Positions 55,184 to 56,331 of a stretch of 56,331 nucleotides of DNA are shown here, piece after piece. The position numbers were made by a program, and so were the translations under genes. Numbering within the stretch: the stretch's first letter is position 1; every line of letters starts with the position of its first letter. Below the pieces are notes generated by a model. That model made no database searches, had not been told where the DNA came from, and was given only the letters and a program-made list of their open reading frames with translations. Source of the DNA: a virus (taxonomy: Duplodnaviria > Caudoviricetes); IMG/VR virus record IMGVR_UViG_3300030451_001708, positions 1 through 56,331 of that record; one strand, given 5' to 3'.

Positions 55184-55834
55184 TCACACTATTGTTATAT
55201 TTCCAACCATAGCAGAATGATTGGTGCATTGATAGACTAAGGATGTATCACTAGGTTCATGAGGAACGATAAACTGTGTCAACCCTGTTGTTGAGTTATA
55301 GTTTTCTGTAACACCTGTCGTAAAAGCAGATCCACCATCAGATGTTCTTATCTGCAAGGGATGACTACTTACATTTGCAGTGTTATCTATGAGGTATGTA
55401 TGACCTTTGTAAAAAGTAAAGTTTGGATTGTTACCCGCAGTAGCCCCAGGGCCAGTAAAAGTGTAGGCAGAAGAACCACTTGTCCCTGCTACATAGGTTG
55501 TTACAGGCCCAGATACTTCGTCATTTAATCGAATCCAGTTTCCGCCGTGAGCAAAATATAGTCCACCAGTTGCATGGACATGCGCCACAGCGCCATGATA
55601 TGTAGAAGCACTTGGTAAATCACTTAAAGCTGCGTAATAAAAAACAATTTTATTCGCACCAGAGCTTACATCAAATAAGCCGTTTGAATCTATTATATCA
55701 GTAAGTGTTGTCCCATTTCCAAGGGCAGCATATACTTCGTTAAAGTTATCGTTGATCTTATCTGCACCCGCTCGAAGAGTATCACCTGTTCCGTCATTTG
55801 CAGATGATCCTATACCTACTGTTTGTTTTGCCAT
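55184..55834 (-). CDS. Virion appendage protein: T4 gp9/gp10-like N-terminus plus cupredoxin-like C-terminal domain
   Basis: IGSSANDGTGDTLRAGADKINDNFNEVY; HPLQI...YQCTNHSAMVG. Confidence 0.7.
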   Translation of the reverse strand: MAKQTVGIGSSANDGTGDTLRAGADKINDNFNEVYAALGNGTTLTDIIDSNGLFDVSSGANKIVFYYAALSDLPSASTYHGAVAHVHATGGLYFAHGGNWIRLNDEVSGPVTTYVAGTSGSSAYTFTGPGATAGNNPNFTFYKGHTYLIDNTANVSSHPLQIRTSDGGSAFTTGVTENYNSTTGLTQFIVPHEPSDTSLVYQCTNHSAMVGNITIV

Positions 55835-55837
55835 GTC

Positions 55838-56296
55838 CTATCCTTCATCAAAAGTTTGTGCAGTAGAGTCTAATGTTTCATTAGTGCTATCAAAAGTTCC
55901 CGCATCATCTATGACTGTAACGCTACCAACAGCAGCTGAACCTGCCACTCCTGTTAGAGAGACTTGATTATCAATTTCATTTACCACAACTGTGCCAACA
56001 GCACCTACTGCCACCAAATTATTTGGAGGAGTAACTCCTTCTATTTCTTTAAACCCAACAGGATTATATCCAGTTTGAATTGCTCTTTCAGAATCTAAGT
56101 TCTGCTCTGGTCTAGGATTTCTTAAAGCTTGAGGATCTGGAAAAGCTTTTGGCGGAAATAACTGTGGATGTTTTGGTTCAAACTCATCTGGACCAACTAA
56201 CGAACCAGTCCATTCAAGACGCATTTCTCGTAAACGATAACGTCGTCCTGATCTATCTGATATACCATAAGCTTTTTTTCCAGAAGCAAACGCCAT
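55838..56296 (-). CDS. Tail-module protein with a C-terminal repeat extension
   Basis: MAFASGKKAYGISDRSG...EPKHPQ...DPQALRNPRP, then VGAVGTV-type units and TFDS...TFDEG. Confidence 0.75.
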   Translation of the reverse strand: MAFASGKKAYGISDRSGRRYRLREMRLEWTGSLVGPDEFEPKHPQLFPPKAFPDPQALRNPRPEQNLDSERAIQTGYNPVGFKEIEGVTPPNNLVAVGAVGTVVVNEIDNQVSLTGVAGSAAVGSVTVIDDAGTFDSTNETLDSTAQTFDEG

Positions 56297-56331
56297 TAAA
56301 CTCTCAAGTATTGAATATTAGGTTGTAACTT
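56296..56331 (-). CDS. C-terminal fragment (KLQPNIQYLRV*), probably the end of the gene starting at 541
   Basis: Open 12-codon frame ending in TAA coupled to ATG 56296. Confidence 0.6.
   Translation of the reverse strand, partial: KLQPNIQYLRV

Noticed and set aside
1-56331. tRNA, rRNA, IS elements, introns/inteins, stop-codon recoding
   Set aside because: No cloverleaf or transposase was recognised by eye; TerL, PolA and the helicases are uninterrupted and of normal length; genes tile densely under the standard code. tRNAscan and Infernal were not run.

Overview
The window is an almost complete, circularly permuted ~56.4 kb tailed dsDNA phage genome, probably of podovirus type. The gene cut at position 1 appears to finish at 56296-56331. 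A long minus-strand late arm (56331 to 37038, continuing 17647 to 1) encodes tail adaptor, nozzle and fibre proteins, four probable ejection proteins, TerL, portal, a lysis cassette with a GH19 endolysin, GroES, scaffold, major capsid protein and a cluster of small Lys/Arg-rich proteins. A mainly plus-strand early/replication arm (18400-37057) carries small accessory genes, HTH/RHH regulators, a C5 cytosine methyltransferase, SNF2 and UvrD helicases, an SSB-like protein, an AEP primase and a family A polymerase (Leu at the 762-equivalent position). From memory, the gene set and order resemble marine alphaproteobacterial podoviruses (HTVC023P-like pelagiphages and roseophages); this was not verified. 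The main observations are: (1) a dual-coded methyltransferase whose motif IX and four tandem WxTP modules lie in an overlapping +1 frame; (2) a [FYML]xxGGx[VI] motif shared by many basic and internal virion proteins, including a six-copy tandem protein, suggesting a cargo-targeting or processing system; (3) SSB-like IPF tails on both the SSB-like protein and the primase; (4) repeat-rich non-coding sites that may be the origin and the packaging end. No tRNA, rRNA, CRISPR array or integrase was recognised. All calls come from motif reading by eye.
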